Source: Gammaproteobacteria bacterium (GTDB taxonomy: Bacteria > Pseudomonadota > Gammaproteobacteria > Ga0077536). Taken from it: 64,000 nucleotides of DNA. The stretch lies in contig CAXXLL010000002.1 in the NCBI GenBank assembly GCA_963662545.2, forward strand, positions 1,888,001-1,952,000. The letters are read 5' to 3'. Positions within the stretch are counted from its first letter, which is position 1; each line of letters starts with the position of its first letter. The notes beneath the pieces were generated by a model. That model was given only the letters and a program-made list of their open reading frames with translations, was not told the DNA's origin and searched no databases. Shown here piece after piece: positions 17,611 to 28,581 of this stretch. The position numbers and the translations under genes were made by a program.

Positions 17611-18837
17611 TCAAGCCATGAACGCCTGAATCCCCGTCTGGGCGCGCCCCAGGATCAAGGCGTGAACGTCGTGCGTACCCTCGTAGGTGTTCACCGCTTC
17701 GAGGTTTAGCATGTGTCGGATGACGTGGAATTCGTCCGAAATGCCATTGCCGCCATGCATGTCTCTGGCGGTTCGCGCGATGTCGAGTGCCTTACCACAA
17801 TTATTACGCTTGATCAGCGAAATAGCCTCCGGCGCGCCGCGACCGCCGTCGATCATGCGCCCGACCCGCAGCGCGGCCTGGTAGCCGAGCGCGATCTCCG
17901 TCTGCATGTCGGCGAGCTTCTTCTGAATCAACTGATTGGCGGCCAGCGGCCGGCCGAACTGCTGACGATCCAATGTATAACGGAGCGATGCCCGCCAACA
18001 GAACTCCGCCGCGCCCATCACACCCCAGGCGATGCCGTAGCGCGCCCGGTTGAGACATCCAAAGGGCCCGCTCAGTCCAGCGGCCTTAGGTAGCAGGTTC
18101 TCTTCGGGCACGAATACATCGTCCATCACGATCTCGCCGGTAATCGATGCGCGCAACGAGAATTTGCCTTCGATCTTGGGCGCGCTCAAGCCCTCCATAC
18201 CTTTTTCCAGCACGAAGCCGCGGATCACGCCGTTTTCGGTCTTGGCCCACACCAGGAAAACATCGGCGATGGGAGAATTGGAAATCCACATTTTGTTGCC
18301 GGTGATCAAATAGCCGCCCTCGACCCGTCGCGCCCGCGATTTCATACCGCCCGGGTCCGAGCCATGATCAGGTTCGGTCAAACCGAAACATCCGACCCAT
18401 TCGCCACGGGCGAGCTTGGGCAGGAACTTCATACGCTGCGCCTCGGTGCCGTAGGCATAGATCGGATGCATTACGAGGCTGGATTGCACGCTCATCGCCG
18501 AGCGGTAGCCCGAATCGACGCGTTCCACCTCGCGCGCAATCAATCCATAACAGACGTAACTCAGGCCCGCACCGCCATACTGTTCCGGGATAGTGGCGCC
18601 GAGAAAACCGTGCTCGCCGAATTCATCCATGATCGCGCGATCGAAATGCTCGTGGCGATGCGCCTCGAGCACGCGCGGCATCAAACGCTCCTGACAAAAT
18701 TCATGTGCAGCCGCGCTGGTCAGGCGTTCGTCTTCGATCAGTTGATCGTGCAATCCCAGGGGGTCTTCCCAGTCGAAGCGGGCCTCCGCCGTCGCTTTGA
18801 CTGTATCGCCCGGATCCGGAGCGCTCGCACTCATCAT
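17611..18837 (-). CDS. gcdH: Glutaryl-CoA dehydrogenase
   Basis: [57 protein letters not shown]. Confidence 0.95.
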   Translation of the reverse strand: MMSASAPDPGDTVKATAEARFDWEDPLGLHDQLIEDERLTSAAAHEFCQERLMPRVLEAHRHEHFDRAIMDEFGEHGFLGATIPEQYGGAGLSYVCYGLIAREVERVDSGYRSAMSVQSSLVMHPIYAYGTEAQRMKFLPKLARGEWVGCFGLTEPDHGSDPGGMKSRARRVEGGYLITGNKMWISNSPIADVFLVWAKTENGVIRGFVLEKGMEGLSAPKIEGKFSLRASITGEIVMDDVFVPEENLLPKAAGLSGPFGCLNRARYGIAWGVMGAAEFCWRASLRYTLDRQQFGRPLAANQLIQKKLADMQTEIALGYQAALRVGRMIDGGRGAPEAISLIKRNNCGKALDIARTARDMHGGNGISDEFHVIRHMLNLEAVNTYEGTHDVHALILGRAQTGIQAFMA

Positions 18838-19262
18838 TTCGTCCTCCGCGTGGCAGTGAACCGCACCGGTTTATGCTCCCGGCGGGCTTGGGACTATAGC
18901 ATTTAGCCGGTAAGCGGAGACCGCTTCGTCGCTAAAGATACCCGGGCACTCAAGTCCCCGAAGGCGCGTCAATTCAGCCTTAAAACTCCTCCTAAAGCCG
19001 CTGATTCGACTACTGCTAGGTGCGCGCCAGCTTTGTCAACCAAATGTTTATTGATAATATCCGCGTCTCGAATCAAGCTTTGGAAACGCCGCGGGAGTGA
19101 ACGCCCGGATTCAGCGATGAAGGGCCTAGCGAGGCCGGCGCCGTTCTGCAATCGCCATTGGATACGCAGCGCAGAAGAGCGGGCTCATGCCAAGCCTGCC
19201 CCTTAGCCGCGGATGCAGTTGCGTTTGGTTCGCGCGTAAGAACGACAGATTTGGAGGACATG

Positions 19263-20012
19263 ATGAAGATCCTTGTGGCCGTGAAACGAGCCATCGACTA
19301 CAACGTCAAGGCACGCCCCAAATCAGACGGTTCGGCGGTCGACCTGGCCAACGTCAAGATGTCGATGAACCCGTTTGACGAGATTGCCGTCGAAGAAGCC
19401 CTGCGCATCCAGGAGGCCGGTAACGCAGAGGAAACGATCGCCGTCTCCATCGGGCCCAAGCAATGCCAGGAAACGCTCCGTACCGCGATGGCCATGGGCA
19501 TGGATCGCTCCATCCTGGTCGAAACCGACGTGGACGTGCAACCGCTGGCGGCGGCCAAGATCCTCAAGGCGGTGGTGGAAAAGGAAGAGCCTGGACTGGT
19601 CATCCTCGGTAAGCAGGCGATCGATGACGACTCGAACCAGACCGGACAGATGCTGGCGGCCTTGTTAGGGTGGTCGCAGGGCACGTTTGCGTGCACGGTC
19701 GAACTCGCGGGCGATTCCGTCAAGGTCTCGCGTGAAATCGACGGCGGCATACAGACGGTCAAGCTGGTGATGCCGGCGGTGGTGACTTCCGATCTGCGCC
19801 TCAATGAACCGCGTTACGTCAAGCTCCCGAATATCATGAAAGCCAAGAAAAAGCCGATGGATATCTTGACGCCCGATGATCTCGGCGTCGACGTGACGCC
19901 GCGGCTCACCATCCTGAAGGTCTCCGAACCGCCGGCGCGCGAGGGTGGCGTAAAGGTGCAAGACGTCGCCGAACTCGTCGACAAACTGCGCAACGAAGCG
20001 AAGGTGATTTGA
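19263..20012 (+). CDS. etfB: Electron transfer flavoprotein beta subunit
   Basis: [34 protein letters not shown]; RBS GGAGGA. Confidence 0.95.
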   Translation: MKILVAVKRAIDYNVKARPKSDGSAVDLANVKMSMNPFDEIAVEEALRIQEAGNAEETIAVSIGPKQCQETLRTAMAMGMDRSILVETDVDVQPLAAAKILKAVVEKEEPGLVILGKQAIDDDSNQTGQMLAALLGWSQGTFACTVELAGDSVKVSREIDGGIQTVKLVMPAVVTSDLRLNEPRYVKLPNIMKAKKKPMDILTPDDLGVDVTPRLTILKVSEPPAREGGVKVQDVAELVDKLRNEAKVI

Positions 20013-20013
20013 C

Positions 20014-20949
20014 ATGAGCGTACTCGTGATAGCCGATCACAAAGACGGCGAACTCGTTCCCGCGACCTTGAATGCCATCGCCGCAGCCGTAGCGATCGAC
20101 CCGCAGGTCGCCGTTCTGGTTGCAGGCGAGGCGTGTCAGGCCGTAGCTGAAACACTCGCAACTGTCGCGGGCGTCAACAAGGTGCTGCTCGCCGAAGCAA
20201 CACATTACGCCCACTCGCTGGCCGAGAACGTAGCCCCCCTGGTCGTAAGTCTCGCAGCCGGCTACGAACACGTGCTCGCGGCCGCGACCACCACGGGCAA
20301 GAATCTGATGCCGCGCGTTGCGGCACTGCTCGATGTCGCGCAAATTTCGGACATCATCGGAATCGAATCGGGCGATACTTTTACGCGCCCGATCTATGCC
20401 GGCAACATCATCGCGACCGTCAAGAGCAGCGACGCGAAAAAGGTCATCACCGTGAGAACCACGGCGTTCGATCCACCGCTTTCCGAAGGTGGCACTGCGT
20501 CCATCGAGAACATCGATGCAGTGGCCGATGCGGGTTTATCGGCATTCGTCGACGAAGATCTGACCAAGTCCGATCGTCCCGAATTGACCGCCGCCGATAT
20601 CATCGTCTCGGGCGGACGCGGGGTCGGCAGTTCGGAGAACTTCGCCATCATCGAGCAATTGGCGGATAAACTCGGCGCTGCCGTCGGGGCGTCGCGTGCG
20701 GCCGTCGACGCCGGATACGTACCGAACGATTATCAGGTCGGGCAGACGGGTAAGGTCGTCGCGCCGGAGTTATACATCGCCGTCGGTATTTCCGGCGCGA
20801 TACAGCACCTCGCGGGCATGAAGGACAGCAAGGTCATCGTTGCGATCAACAAGGACGAAGAGGCGCCGATCTTCGGTGTCGCCGATTACGGCCTGGTCGG
20901 AGATCTGTTCAAGGAAGTGCCGGCCATGGTCGAGGCCCTCGAGGACTAG
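20014..20949 (+). CDS. etfA: Electron transfer flavoprotein alpha subunit
   Basis: [35 protein letters not shown]. Confidence 0.95.
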   Translation: MSVLVIADHKDGELVPATLNAIAAAVAIDPQVAVLVAGEACQAVAETLATVAGVNKVLLAEATHYAHSLAENVAPLVVSLAAGYEHVLAAATTTGKNLMPRVAALLDVAQISDIIGIESGDTFTRPIYAGNIIATVKSSDAKKVITVRTTAFDPPLSEGGTASIENIDAVADAGLSAFVDEDLTKSDRPELTAADIIVSGGRGVGSSENFAIIEQLADKLGAAVGASRAAVDAGYVPNDYQVGQTGKVVAPELYIAVGISGAIQHLAGMKDSKVIVAINKDEEAPIFGVADYGLVGDLFKEVPAMVEALED

Positions 20950-20959
20950 GAGCTAGCGC

Positions 20960-22588
20960 TTGGCACGAGAAGCGATGGAATTCGACGTCGTCATAGTCGG
21001 CGGCGGCCCGTCCGGTCTCGCCGCGGCGATCCGGCTGCGTCAACTCGCCGTCCAAGCCGATCACGAGCTCAGCGTATGCGTGCTCGAAAAGGGGTCGGAA
21101 ATCGGCGCGCATATCCTCTCTGGCGCCGTGATCAGTCCCCGCGCACTGAACGAACTCATTCCCGACTGGAAGGATAAGGGCGCGCCGCTGAATACGCCGG
21201 CGACGCAGGATCGCTTTTACGTACTAACCCAAAAGCGCGCGATCCGCTTCCCCTTACCGCCGCAGATGAAAAACCACGGCAACTACATCGTGAGTCTCGG
21301 CAACGTATGCCGGTGGCTGGGTGAACAGGCCGAGGCGCTCGGGGTCGAGGTTTATCCCGGATTCGCCGCCGCCGAGATCTTGTACCGCGAAGACGACAGC
21401 GTCAAAGGCGTGGCGACGGGGGACATGGGCCGCACCCGCGACGGTGAAGAAGGCCCGAATTTCGAACGTGGCATGGAACTGCACGCACGCCAAACCCTGT
21501 TTGCGGAGGGCTGCCACGGGTCGCTGACGAAAACCCTGTTCAAGCGATTCGGGTTGACCGAAGGCGTCGACCCGCAGGTGTATGGGCTCGGCATCAAGGA
21601 ATTGTGGGAGATCGAGCCGGTTAAGCACGTGGCGGGCCAGATCACCCACACCTCGGGATGGCCGATGGACCACGCGACCTACGGCGGTTCCTGGGTCTAT
21701 CACCTCGAGGATAATCTGGTGTCGGTCGGTTTCGTCGTCGGTCTCAATTATCACAATCCGTATTTGAGCCCGTTTGAGGAAATGCAGCGGTTTAAAACAC
21801 ACCCGGCGGTCCGCAATCAATTCGAAGGGGGCAGACGCCTGGCCTATGGCGCCCGCGCGATCAGTACCGGCGGATTCCAGTCGATCCCCAAGCTGAGTTT
21901 TCCCGGCGGGCTACTCATCGGTGATTGCGCGGGATTCTTGAATGTCCCCAAGATCAAGGGCACGCACAGCGCGATGAAATCCGGCATGACGGCCGCCGAA
22001 GCCGTCTTCGATGCGCTTAAAAGCGGCGGCGACGTCCGGGAAATCACTGAGTACCGGGAGCGCCTGGAGCAGACCTGGTTGTGGGACGAGTTGCATCGGG
22101 TACGAAATGTGAAACCTTCGTTTCATTGGGGTCTGTTTCCGGCACTGGCCTACTCGGCGTTGGATACCGTCGTGCTCCGTGGCAAAGCACCGTGGACGCT
22201 GCACCACAAACCCGACCACGAAGGCTTGCAAACGGCGGCGGCATGCCAACCCATCGACTACCCGAATCCGGATGGGATCTTGACTTTCGACAAGCTCTCC
22301 TCAGTGTTCCTGTCCAACACCAACCATGAAGAAGACCAACCCTGCCACCTGGAACTCATCGACGAAAACATCCCTGTTTCGTTCAACCTGGCCGAGTATG
22401 CCGGGCCCGAAGAACGATATTGTCCCGCGGGTGTCTATGAATTCGTCAAAGAAGACGGCCAATCGCGGCTGCAGATCAATGCGCAGAACTGCGTGCATTG
22501 CAAGAGCTGCGACATCAAGGACTTGAAACAGAACATCAACTGGGTCACCCCTGAGGGCGGCGGCGGACCTAACTATCCGAATATGTAA
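20960..22588 (+). CDS. ETF-ubiquinone oxidoreductase
   Basis: [29 protein letters not shown]...[12 protein letters not shown]. Confidence 0.95.
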   Translation: MAREAMEFDVVIVGGGPSGLAAAIRLRQLAVQADHELSVCVLEKGSEIGAHILSGAVISPRALNELIPDWKDKGAPLNTPATQDRFYVLTQKRAIRFPLPPQMKNHGNYIVSLGNVCRWLGEQAEALGVEVYPGFAAAEILYREDDSVKGVATGDMGRTRDGEEGPNFERGMELHARQTLFAEGCHGSLTKTLFKRFGLTEGVDPQVYGLGIKELWEIEPVKHVAGQITHTSGWPMDHATYGGSWVYHLEDNLVSVGFVVGLNYHNPYLSPFEEMQRFKTHPAVRNQFEGGRRLAYGARAISTGGFQSIPKLSFPGGLLIGDCAGFLNVPKIKGTHSAMKSGMTAAEAVFDALKSGGDVREITEYRERLEQTWLWDELHRVRNVKPSFHWGLFPALAYSALDTVVLRGKAPWTLHHKPDHEGLQTAAACQPIDYPNPDGILTFDKLSSVFLSNTNHEEDQPCHLELIDENIPVSFNLAEYAGPEERYCPAGVYEFVKEDGQSRLQINAQNCVHCKSCDIKDLKQNINWVTPEGGGGPNYPNM

Positions 22589-22589
22589 T

Positions 22590-22859
22590 TAGAACCTATC
22601 TCAAAATTATCCGCGTGTGCGCCGGGAGCGATTTTCGCGGAGTATCAAGGCGCGAGGAACGTGGTCTAGTGACGCTAATTGAGTGACGAGCAACGCCGAA
22701 ATGCGCGAAAATAGCCCCCGGCCCGCAGGGTTGCGCCCTGAAAGCGCGCTTGCTTCGTTACAGCGCTTGTACATAGAGCAACTCAGCCCTGCGCACCGCG
22801 CCTCGCCATCACGCTTTCAGGGCACAACGCACACGCGGATAATTTTGAGATAGGTTCTA
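22590..22859. mobile_element. MITE-like non-autonomous element with 32-bp perfect terminal inverted repeats
   Basis: TAGAACCTATCTCAAAATTATCCGCGTGTGCG / CGCACACGCGGATAATTTTGAGATAGGTTCTA; non-coding interior with two internal inverted repeats. Confidence 0.85.
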
Positions 22860-22863
22860 GTCC

Positions 22864-23187
22864 ATGCCGAAAGTCACCTACCGCCAGATCGACGGCCGCG
22901 AAGACACGATCGATGTTCCGCTCGGTTGGAGCCTCATGGAAGCAGCGGTGCAGAATGATATCGCCGGGATCGTCGCCGAATGTGGCGGCGGCTGTGCCTG
23001 CGCCACCTGCCACGTGTACATCGACGGCGACAAGGCCTCGATGCTGCCCGAAATAGGGGACATGGAAGGCGACATGCTCGAGTGCACGGCAGCCGATCGC
23101 AGAACCGAATCCCGTCTGAGCTGCCAGTTAAAAATGACCGAAGAACTCGACGGCCTCGTAGTCGAAATTCCCGAACGCCAAACGTGA
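22864..23187 (+). CDS. 2Fe-2S ferredoxin (putidaredoxin/adrenodoxin type)
   Basis: ECGGGCACATCHV...SRLSCQ. Confidence 0.93.
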   Translation: MPKVTYRQIDGREDTIDVPLGWSLMEAAVQNDIAGIVAECGGGCACATCHVYIDGDKASMLPEIGDMEGDMLECTAADRRTESRLSCQLKMTEELDGLVVEIPERQT

Positions 23188-23257
23188 CGCCTGCGTCCAT
23201 TTTTTCACTCGCTTGATCTCAGTAGACCCGCCGAAATCTGTCAGGGTGGGTGGAGCT

Positions 23258-23917
23258 TCATAGGAAAGTCATCTCCGGCACTTGTTCAGGCACGCGCATT
23301 TCGCCCGCCGTCCTGGCCACGATCTCGTCGACGGACACACCCGGCGCACGTTCCTTGAGATGGAACTTCCCGCCTTCGATTTCCAGATAGGCCAGATCCG
23401 TAACGACCCGATGTATGCACTCGGCACCGGTCAGCGGCAGCGTGCATTGTGGCAGCAGCTTGGAATTTCCGTTGCGATCGGCGTGGGTCATGGTCACGAT
23501 GATGTTGTTCGCGCTGGCGACAAGATCCATGGCACCGCCCATGCCCTTGACCATCTTGCCCGGAATCATCCACGAGGCGATGTTACCGTGCACGTCGACC
23601 TCGAACGCGCCGAGCACCGTGAGGTCCACGTGTCCACCGCGAATCATTTCGAATGACTCGGCGGACGAAAAAATCGACGCCCCGTCGATCGCCGTGACGG
23701 TCTGTTTGCCCGCGTTGATCATGTCGGCGTCCACCTGGTCCTCGCTAGGGAACGGGCCCATGCCCAACAACCCGTTCTCGGACTGCAGCATCACCTCGAT
23801 TCCCGCCGGTATGTAATTCGACACCAGAGTCGGTATGCCGATGCCCAGATTGACGTAGTAGCCGTCGTGCAGTTCCTGCGCGACGCGCCTGGCCATTTGG
23901 TCTCTTGTCAATGCCAT
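23258..23917 (-). CDS. scoB: 3-oxoacid CoA-transferase subunit B
   Basis: [30 protein letters not shown]. Confidence 0.9.
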   Translation of the reverse strand: MALTRDQMARRVAQELHDGYYVNLGIGIPTLVSNYIPAGIEVMLQSENGLLGMGPFPSEDQVDADMINAGKQTVTAIDGASIFSSAESFEMIRGGHVDLTVLGAFEVDVHGNIASWMIPGKMVKGMGGAMDLVASANNIIVTMTHADRNGNSKLLPQCTLPLTGAECIHRVVTDLAYLEIEGGKFHLKERAPGVSVDEIVARTAGEMRVPEQVPEMTFL

Positions 23918-23921
23918 GTCT

Positions 23922-24629
23922 CTATTCCTGCGTCTCGGTGACCGTGCGAAATTCGATGCGTTTTTCGAATTCGCCCTGGATGAGGCGGTTTACGTATATG
24001 CCCGGCGTATGAATCGTGTTTGGGTCCAGCTCACCCGGCTCGACGATTTCTTCAACTTCCATGACGGTAATCTTGCCCGCCATGGCCGCCATCGGATTGA
24101 AGTTTCGCGCGGTGTTGCGGTATATGGCATTGCCAAAGCGGTCCGCCTTCCACGCCTTGACGAGGGCAAAATCGCCGCGGATGGCGCGCTCCATGACGTA
24201 GTGCCGCCCGTCGAATTCTCGCGTTTCCTTGCCTTGGGCGATCTGGGTGCCATAGCCCGTCGGCGTAAAAAAAGCGGGGATGCCTGCGCCGCCAGCGCGT
24301 ATGCGCTCGGCCAGGGTGCCCTGGGGGACGAGCTCCACATTGATCTCGCCAGCGAGCAGCAACTCTTCGAACAGCTTGTTCTCGCCGACATAGGAACCCA
24401 TGACATTTTTGATCTGCCGTTCCGCGAACAAAATACCAAGCCCGAAATCGTCCACACCGCAGTTATTCGAGACCACCGTCAAGTTCTTAACGCCCGACTT
24501 GCGCACCTGGGCGATGAGGTTTTCCGGTATGCCGCACAGACCGAATCCACCGGCGATGATCATCATGCCGTCCGCGATGCCGGCTAGCGCTTCCTCGTAA
24601 CTGGCAACTACTTTGTCGAAACCAGACAT
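23922..24629 (-). CDS. scoA: 3-oxoacid CoA-transferase subunit A
   Basis: [39 protein letters not shown]. Confidence 0.9.
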   Translation of the reverse strand: MSGFDKVVASYEEALAGIADGMMIIAGGFGLCGIPENLIAQVRKSGVKNLTVVSNNCGVDDFGLGILFAERQIKNVMGSYVGENKLFEELLLAGEINVELVPQGTLAERIRAGGAGIPAFFTPTGYGTQIAQGKETREFDGRHYVMERAIRGDFALVKAWKADRFGNAIYRNTARNFNPMAAMAGKITVMEVEEIVEPGELDPNTIHTPGIYVNRLIQGEFEKRIEFRTVTETQE

Positions 24630-24855
24630 GGGCTATTCACCTATTATTGTGGTAAGTGGAGTGCTACCCGGCCATTGGACCACAGGTATGTTAGGTTTTC
24701 CTCGACCTGAAAAGAACCAGGTTGAAGAAGAGCAGATTTACTGACGATTAGATTGTGACAACACGCTTTGCCCAGTGCCAAACTTGGAGTTCAGTCGATA
24801 CGTTGCTAAGTCCGGCAGGCTGCTAGTTAGTGTCCATGCAAAAACGTCGATATTT

Positions 24856-24940
24856 CTCTCGCAAAGACGCAAAGAAAGCAGTTAGTATAATTTTGATAAC
24901 GATCACTTATCACTTTGCCATCTTTGCGTCATGGCGAGAG
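24856..24940. repeat. 20-bp imperfect inverted repeat in the divergent intergenic region
   Basis: CTCTCGCAAAGACGCAAAGA / TCTTTGCGTCATGGCGAGAG (18/20) around an AT-rich loop. Confidence 0.65.
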
Positions 24941-25014
24941 TTGTTCTTTCTGGACGGATACTAACAAGATGTCAAAGTCACGATTCTTCCTAAGTCCTGC
25001 ACGCTGCTAGCACT

Positions 25015-26238
25015 ATGTCCAACCCCCCCGTCGTCGTGATCGGTGCCGGACAGGCAGGCATGCAGATCTGCGATTCGCTCAGAAAAAGCGGCTACGAAGG
25101 CGGCCTCGTTCTCGTGGGTGAAGAACCGGCCCTGCCGTACCAACGACCACCCCTTTCCAAGCAGTTCTTGACGGGCTCCCTGGATCCTGAGCGCCTGCAA
25201 TTCAGGCCGGCTGCCTATTACGCGAAAAACGCCGTCGATCTGCGCCTGGACCAACGCGTTGTCGCCATTGACCGGCAGCGGCGTTGCGTCGAACTCGCCG
25301 GCAATGACATCATCGCCTACGAAAAACTCGCTTTGGCGACCGGCACGCGGGTGCGCTTCTTACAGTGTGCGGGTGCCGAGCTCGACGGAGTTCACTACAT
25401 CAGGACCCTGGAAGATTCACGGCACCTCAGGGATTGTTTAGCGACGGCGCGGCGCGTCGCCGTCATCGGCGGCGGATTCATTGGCCTTGAAGTAGCAGCC
25501 ATTGCTCGGGCCTTGGGTAAGACGGTGATCGTCGTCGAAGCGATGGAACGCTTGATGGCGCGGGCCCTCTCCCCGATCGTGTCCGAGTTCTACGCAAAGC
25601 TGCACCGGGAACGCGGTGTTGAACTGCTGCTGGAGCAAACGGTGCAGTCAATCCGCCGCGACAACGGATCGCTCTTGATCGAAACCGGTGACGGCAGGTC
25701 GCTTAAAGCCGACATCATCGTCGCCGGAATCGGGGTCGTGCCAAACGTGGAACTGGCCGAGGAATGCGGACTCGAGTGCCGCAACGGGATCGTGGTGGAC
25801 TCGCGCGCCCGCACCCTTGATCCTAATATCGTCGCAGCGGGAGACTGCACCATGCATCACAACGGCTTTCTCGAACGCGAGATCCGGCTCGAGTCCGTAC
25901 AGAACGCGGTCGATCAGGCGAAGGTCGCGGCCGCAACGCTGTGCGGCGAAGACAAAATCTATCACCGGGTGCCCTGGTTCTGGTCCGATCAATACGACAT
26001 AAAACTGCAGATGGCAGGGGTTGGGACACCTCACGACGAACATGTCGTCCGAGGTGAGATCGGCGTCGACGGCTTTTCCGTGTTCTACTATCGGAACGGG
26101 CGGTTGATCGCGGCCGATTCCATCAATCGCCCGGCCGACCACATGGCGTGCCGCAAGCTGCTTGAGAAAGGAAAGTCCTTGACCTTGGATGAGGCCGGCG
26201 ATTTAGAATTCAACTTGGTGCAGGCGGCGAAGACCTGA
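25015..26238 (+). CDS. NAD(P)H-ferredoxin reductase (putidaredoxin reductase-like)
   Basis: IGAGQAG, PYQRPPLSK, IGGGFIGLE, RLESVQNA, PWFWSDQY. Confidence 0.93.
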   Translation: MSNPPVVVIGAGQAGMQICDSLRKSGYEGGLVLVGEEPALPYQRPPLSKQFLTGSLDPERLQFRPAAYYAKNAVDLRLDQRVVAIDRQRRCVELAGNDIIAYEKLALATGTRVRFLQCAGAELDGVHYIRTLEDSRHLRDCLATARRVAVIGGGFIGLEVAAIARALGKTVIVVEAMERLMARALSPIVSEFYAKLHRERGVELLLEQTVQSIRRDNGSLLIETGDGRSLKADIIVAGIGVVPNVELAEECGLECRNGIVVDSRARTLDPNIVAAGDCTMHHNGFLEREIRLESVQNAVDQAKVAAATLCGEDKIYHRVPWFWSDQYDIKLQMAGVGTPHDEHVVRGEIGVDGFSVFYYRNGRLIAADSINRPADHMACRKLLEKGKSLTLDEAGDLEFNLVQAAKT

Positions 26239-26371
26239 CTGGGTTTTGAAAAATGTTCCCTAAGCGTTTTTCGCCGGCCCGTCAACACAGTACGAAAACT
26301 GCGCCGGGGGTAAGAGGCACGATTATGCAAACGACGCAGAACATTGGATCATTCGGAGAGGATCATAGTCA

Positions 26372-26692
26372 ATGCCCAAAATAACCTACGTGGACACCAA
26401 CGAAGAGCGTCACGAATGTGATGTCAGCGCCGGTATTTCAGTCATGGAAGGCGCCATCCAGAACGATATTGCCGGAATATTGGCTATTTGCGGCGGCAGT
26501 TGCGCGTGCAGTACCTGTCATTCCTATATCGACGAGGCGTGGCTGGATGCGGTGGGGAAGCCGGACGACATCGAGGATTCGACTCTCGAACTCGCTTTGG
26601 ACCGCAAACCCAACTCTCGCCTGACCTGCCAGATCGAAGTCACTGATGCGCTCGACGGTCTGGTGGTCTACGTCGCGAATAATGACGGGTGA
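26372..26692 (+). CDS. 2Fe-2S ferredoxin
   Basis: ICGGSCACSTCH...SRLTCQ. Confidence 0.92.
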   Translation: MPKITYVDTNEERHECDVSAGISVMEGAIQNDIAGILAICGGSCACSTCHSYIDEAWLDAVGKPDDIEDSTLELALDRKPNSRLTCQIEVTDALDGLVVYVANNDG

Positions 26693-26803
26693 GCGCTATG
26701 GCGCCGGCCGCTTCGCAATCGAAAATCCCAATTGCTCACAGGAGACGATCGGGAAGCGGCGTTCTGGATTGCACCGCATAAAACCTCGACACAGCCCAGG
26801 CCC

Positions 26804-27445
26804 GTGTACGAACTTCACGACTTCGCCCGCTCCAGTTCAGCGCATCGCGTCCGCATTGCGCTCAACTTAAAGGGCATCGAATACGAACCCGTTTCGGTCG
26901 CTCTCCAGGAGGGCGGGCAGCATGAGCCGGATTTTCGCAGCGTGAATCCGCAGGGTATGGTGCCGGTTTACTCGGATGAAAATATCCTTCTCAGTCAGTC
27001 ACTCGCGATCATCGAGTATCTCGACGAGCGTTATCCGGATCCGCCGTTGTTGCCGCGAGATATCCATGAGCGTGCGCGGGCGCGCCAGTTCGCCTACATG
27101 ATTGCTTCGGATATTCACCCGTTGATTGCGTTTCGGGCCATCAGCTTTCTGCGCGACGGTTTCAAAATAGACACCAGCGGCCGGCGGGAGTGGTTCAACT
27201 ACTGGCTGATCGAAGGCCTGGATGCCCTGGAGCTATGGCTAAGCGCTGATGGCGGTGCGCGTCGGTACTGCGTCGGGGACCAAGTGACGATCGCGGACGT
27301 GTGCCTGGTGCCGCAACTCGAAGTTGCCAGGCGCAATCACATCGACCTCGACGACTTTCCCCGCTTGACGAGCGTGGAAGCCACCTGCCTGGCGCTGGAT
27401 GCCTTTCGCAAGGCCCAACCCGCCACACAGGCTAAATCGTCATGA
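26804..27445 (+). CDS. maiA: Maleylacetoacetate/maleylpyruvate isomerase (GST zeta)
   Basis: RSSSAHRVRIALNLKG, VNPQGMVP, SQSLAIIEYLDE, DIHPL. The GTG start is inferred. Confidence 0.85.
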   Translation: MYELHDFARSSSAHRVRIALNLKGIEYEPVSVALQEGGQHEPDFRSVNPQGMVPVYSDENILLSQSLAIIEYLDERYPDPPLLPRDIHERARARQFAYMIASDIHPLIAFRAISFLRDGFKIDTSGRREWFNYWLIEGLDALELWLSADGGARRYCVGDQVTIADVCLVPQLEVARRNHIDLDDFPRLTSVEATCLALDAFRKAQPATQAKSS

Positions 27446-27497
27446 CCGAGCTATGGCATCCAGGCCCGAGCTTCGACTCGCGCAGGATAGCCAAACG

Positions 27498-28532
27498 ATG
27501 TTGACTGACCGCATTGAACACCGCTGGCTGGCCGCATTCGGTCGGGTATTCGAACTCTGTAAAGCCGGTCCTGATGATGTGGTGGCACTACTGTCGGAAA
27601 CGCAATCGCGCGCGCTGAACGTCGACCTCGCACGCCTGGCGCTGCAGCAGCTCGATGCACAGGTATTTGAAGTCGTCGTCCCGACACCGCCGCAGACCGC
27701 GCCCGTGCCGGTGCGATCGACCGGTGCGAGCCAGGCCTTGAACGGGCAGAAAGGGCCCCTCGCCGCTCTTAAAGCTTCGACCATGGTGGTCGATCTAACG
27801 GTCGAAGGCCTGCTGCACGCACCGCAGCTCCCGGATATTCTCGGCGCCGGCGCGCGCGTATTGATGGTGTCCAACGAACATCCCGATGCATTGGAACGAC
27901 TGGTCCCGCTGGCTGAAGATGAGTCACAAGCAAAAGCTGCGATCAAGGCGTGTCGTGCAGCGAGCCGCTTGAAGGTCGTATCCAAGGCCGGCACGGATCT
28001 GTCCATCGATCTTGAAGGCGCACGCTCGGCCGGGGTGTGGGGCTGGTGTGATCGCCCCGGAACAGTTGCGCACTGGCCCGGCGGGGTAGTGGTCAATTTT
28101 CCGAAAACGGGAGCAGTCGAAGGTCGCCTCGTTCTCGACGTCGGCGATATCAATCTGACTTTCAAGCGCTATCTGCAAAACCGTGTCGAACTCGTCATTG
28201 AAAAGGATTATGTCGTCGAGATAAATGGCGACGGTACGGACGGCGAGCTGATGCGGCGTTACCTTGAGGCTTGGGGCGATCGCGAAGCCTATGGCACCAG
28301 TCACGTCGGCTGGGGCCTAAATCGGCGCGCGCGCTACGAAGCCTTGACCATGTACGACCAGCGCGACATCAACGGCACCGAGCTACGGGCATTTGCCGGT
28401 AATTTTCTTTATTCGACGGGCGCGAACGAGTTCGCCGGACGCTATACCGAAGGGCATTTCGACCTGCCGCTTAGAAACTGCACGATCACCCTGGACGATA
28501 CCTGCGTGGTCGATGAAGGCCGGCTGCTTTGA
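27498..28532 (+). CDS. 2,5-dihydroxypyridine 5,6-dioxygenase-like (NicX / peptidase M29 fold)
   Basis: PVRSTGAS, EGLLHAP, SNEHP, AHWPGG, SHVGWGLN, RAFAGNFLYSTGANE, HFDLP. Confidence 0.8.
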   Translation: MLTDRIEHRWLAAFGRVFELCKAGPDDVVALLSETQSRALNVDLARLALQQLDAQVFEVVVPTPPQTAPVPVRSTGASQALNGQKGPLAALKASTMVVDLTVEGLLHAPQLPDILGAGARVLMVSNEHPDALERLVPLAEDESQAKAAIKACRAASRLKVVSKAGTDLSIDLEGARSAGVWGWCDRPGTVAHWPGGVVVNFPKTGAVEGRLVLDVGDINLTFKRYLQNRVELVIEKDYVVEINGDGTDGELMRRYLEAWGDREAYGTSHVGWGLNRRARYEALTMYDQRDINGTELRAFAGNFLYSTGANEFAGRYTEGHFDLPLRNCTITLDDTCVVDEGRLL

Positions 28533-28581
28533 AGGCCGCAACGACCGTCGCGATCCGAATAAAATTCGATGATGGCCAAGC

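Noticed and set aside
23916-24587. 223-aa + strand ORF, representative of many long antisense ORFs (e.g. 1829-2431, 35073-36131, 56813-57769, 60910-61971)
   Set aside because: They lie opposite well-supported genes and have no motifs; such shadow ORFs are expected in high-GC DNA.
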